Assembly (NCBI RefSeq): GCF_006345805.1
Contig: NC_043010.1
Coordinates: 6,138,001-6,202,000 of the forward strand
Direction: 5' to 3'
Length of the DNA: 64,000 nt
From: Octopus sinensis
Lineage: Eukaryota
The notes under the pieces were generated by a model that was not told where the DNA came from, did not search any database, and was given only the letters and a program-made list of their open reading frames with translations. The position numbers and the translations under genes are program-made. Shown in pieces: positions 62,425 to 64,000 of this stretch (the stretch's first letter is position 1; the number at the start of each line of letters is the position of its first letter).

Positions 62425-64000
62425 TATGAGATTGTTGAATGTAGAGAATGAATGGGATAAAGGGGGCCTCACTCATGTGAACCCCACAGAGGGACCAAAT
62501 ATTCTAGTAATCAGCAGTGTGGTAGATAAAGCAATTAAAACATGGAAACGGGGGTGGGTGGGTAAGCCCCTGGTCCATCCAGAGTCACAGCTGGGGTGCT
62601 CAAAATATCTGTTTAGCTAGGATATGGGCTAGTCACCCATATAGTTAATAAGGTCATTTAGGAAAGTGTAGCACCCAGTGACTGGCATAGCAGCATTATT
62701 GTAAGCTGCTACAAGGGTAAGGGTGATGCATTAGGTAGAAGCAATTATAGAGGCATCAAATTCCTGGACCAAAGAATGAAAATTTCAGAGAGAGAATCAT
62801 AGCTCAATGAATTAGGAGTGTTATCTGGGAAGGTAGTGTTCATTTGTGGAAGATGTACAGATAGGCGCAGGAGTGGCTGTATAGTAAGTAGCTTGCTAAC
62901 CAACCACATGGTTCCAGGTTCAGTCCCACTTCGTGACATCTTGGGCAAGTGTCTTCTGCTATTGCCCCGGACCGACCAAAGCCTTGTGAGTGGATTTGGT
63001 AGACGGAAACTGAAAGAAGCCTGTCGTATATATGTATATATATATAAGTGTGTGTGTATATGTTTGTGTGTCTGTGTTTGTCCCCCTAGCATTGCTTGAC
63101 AACCGATGCTGGTGTGTTTGCGTCCCCGTCACTTGGCAGTTCAGCAAGGGAGACCGATAGAATAAGTGCTGGGCTTACAAAGGATAAGTCCCGGGGTCGA
63201 TTTGCTCAACTAAAGGCGGTGCTTCAGCATGGCCGCAGTCAAATGACTGAAACAAGTAAAAGAGTAAAAGAGTAAAGAGTATACATCAAACCTGTAGAAA
63301 CTAGGGAAATTGATTCTTTCAAATGCCCAGGTGGCTCATTAGAGATAGTAGATAATTTCTGCTATCCAGGGGACCAAATTAGTAGTGGGGTAGGATGCAT
63401 GGAGAGTGTGAAAACTAGAATAAGAATAAGATGGAGGAAATTCAAGCTGGCAGAAACGTTAGCACGCTGGGCGAAATGCGTAGTCGTATTTTGTCTGCCA
63501 TTACGTTCTGAGTTCAAATTCCGCCGAGGTCGACTTTGCCTTTCATCCTTTTGGGGTCGATTAAATAAGTACCAGTTATGCACTGGGGTCGATATAATCG
63601 ACTTAATCCGTTTGTCTGTCCTTGTTTGTCCTCTCTGTGTTTAGCACCTTGTGGGTAGTAAAGAAATAGGTATTTCATCTGCCGCTATGTTCTGAGTTCA
63701 AATTCCGCCGAGGTCGACTTTGCCTTTCATCATTTCGGGGTCGATTAAATAAGTACCAGTTATGCACTGGGGTCGATATAATCGACTTAATCCGTTTGTC
63801 TGTCCTTGTTTGTCCTCTCTGTGTTTAGCCCCTTGTGGGTAGTAAAGAAATAGGAAATTCAGAGGGCTGTTGTGCAGAGGATGTGTGAAGGTTAGAGAGG
63901 ACTAAGGCTAGTATGCTCTGCTGGATGTGTAATGTAAGTGTACGTGTTCAACAAGGTGCTAGTGTATTTGGAGAGAAGTTAGGCATAAGAGGAATTAGAT
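62425..64000 (+). mobile_element. Fragmented RTE-clade LINE with nested SINE A (62861-63280) and a SINE C dimer (63445-63851)
   Basis: [11 protein letters not shown]...PTEGP...VDKAIK (62430), IDSFKCPGGSLEIVDNFCY...TRIRIRWRKF (63300) and ASMLCWMCNVSV (63900). SINE C is flanked by the 10-bp TSD AGGAAATTCA (63435-63444, 63852-63861). Confidence 0.8.

Overview
AT-rich, repeat-dense eukaryotic DNA, most likely an octopus or other coleoid cephalopod (inferred from the protocadherin architecture, very long (TA)n/(CA)n arrays and abundant tRNA-derived SINEs; not confirmed by a search). The window lies inside a head-to-tail tandem protocadherin array on the minus strand and touches three genes. (1) One complete gene, which I reconstruct as three coding exons: 26556-24163, 20807-20648 and 16974-16724. 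It encodes 934 aa with a signal peptide, 6 cadherin repeats, a transmembrane segment and a cytoplasmic tail. (2) The start of the next gene, ATG at 395, running off the left edge and absent from the ORF track. (3) The terminal exon of the preceding gene, 50144-49882, a clear paralogue of the central gene's last exon. The two tails share a 43-aa C-terminal block ending in an SH3-ligand-like R/KPLPxIP. Candidate non-coding leader exons near 3.1 kb and 40.2 kb each lie downstream of the same 13-mer, CGGAAATACAGCC. The rest is transposon debris: four SINE-like families, RTE, CR1/L2 and HERO-like LINE remnants, non-autonomous Helitrons, and mariner, hAT, piggyBac-like and Merlin-like MITEs. There are also several long fold-back hairpins, one apparently intact minimal hammerhead ribozyme with further relics, and microsatellites. 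Almost all other ORFs in the track are spurious translations of repeats.
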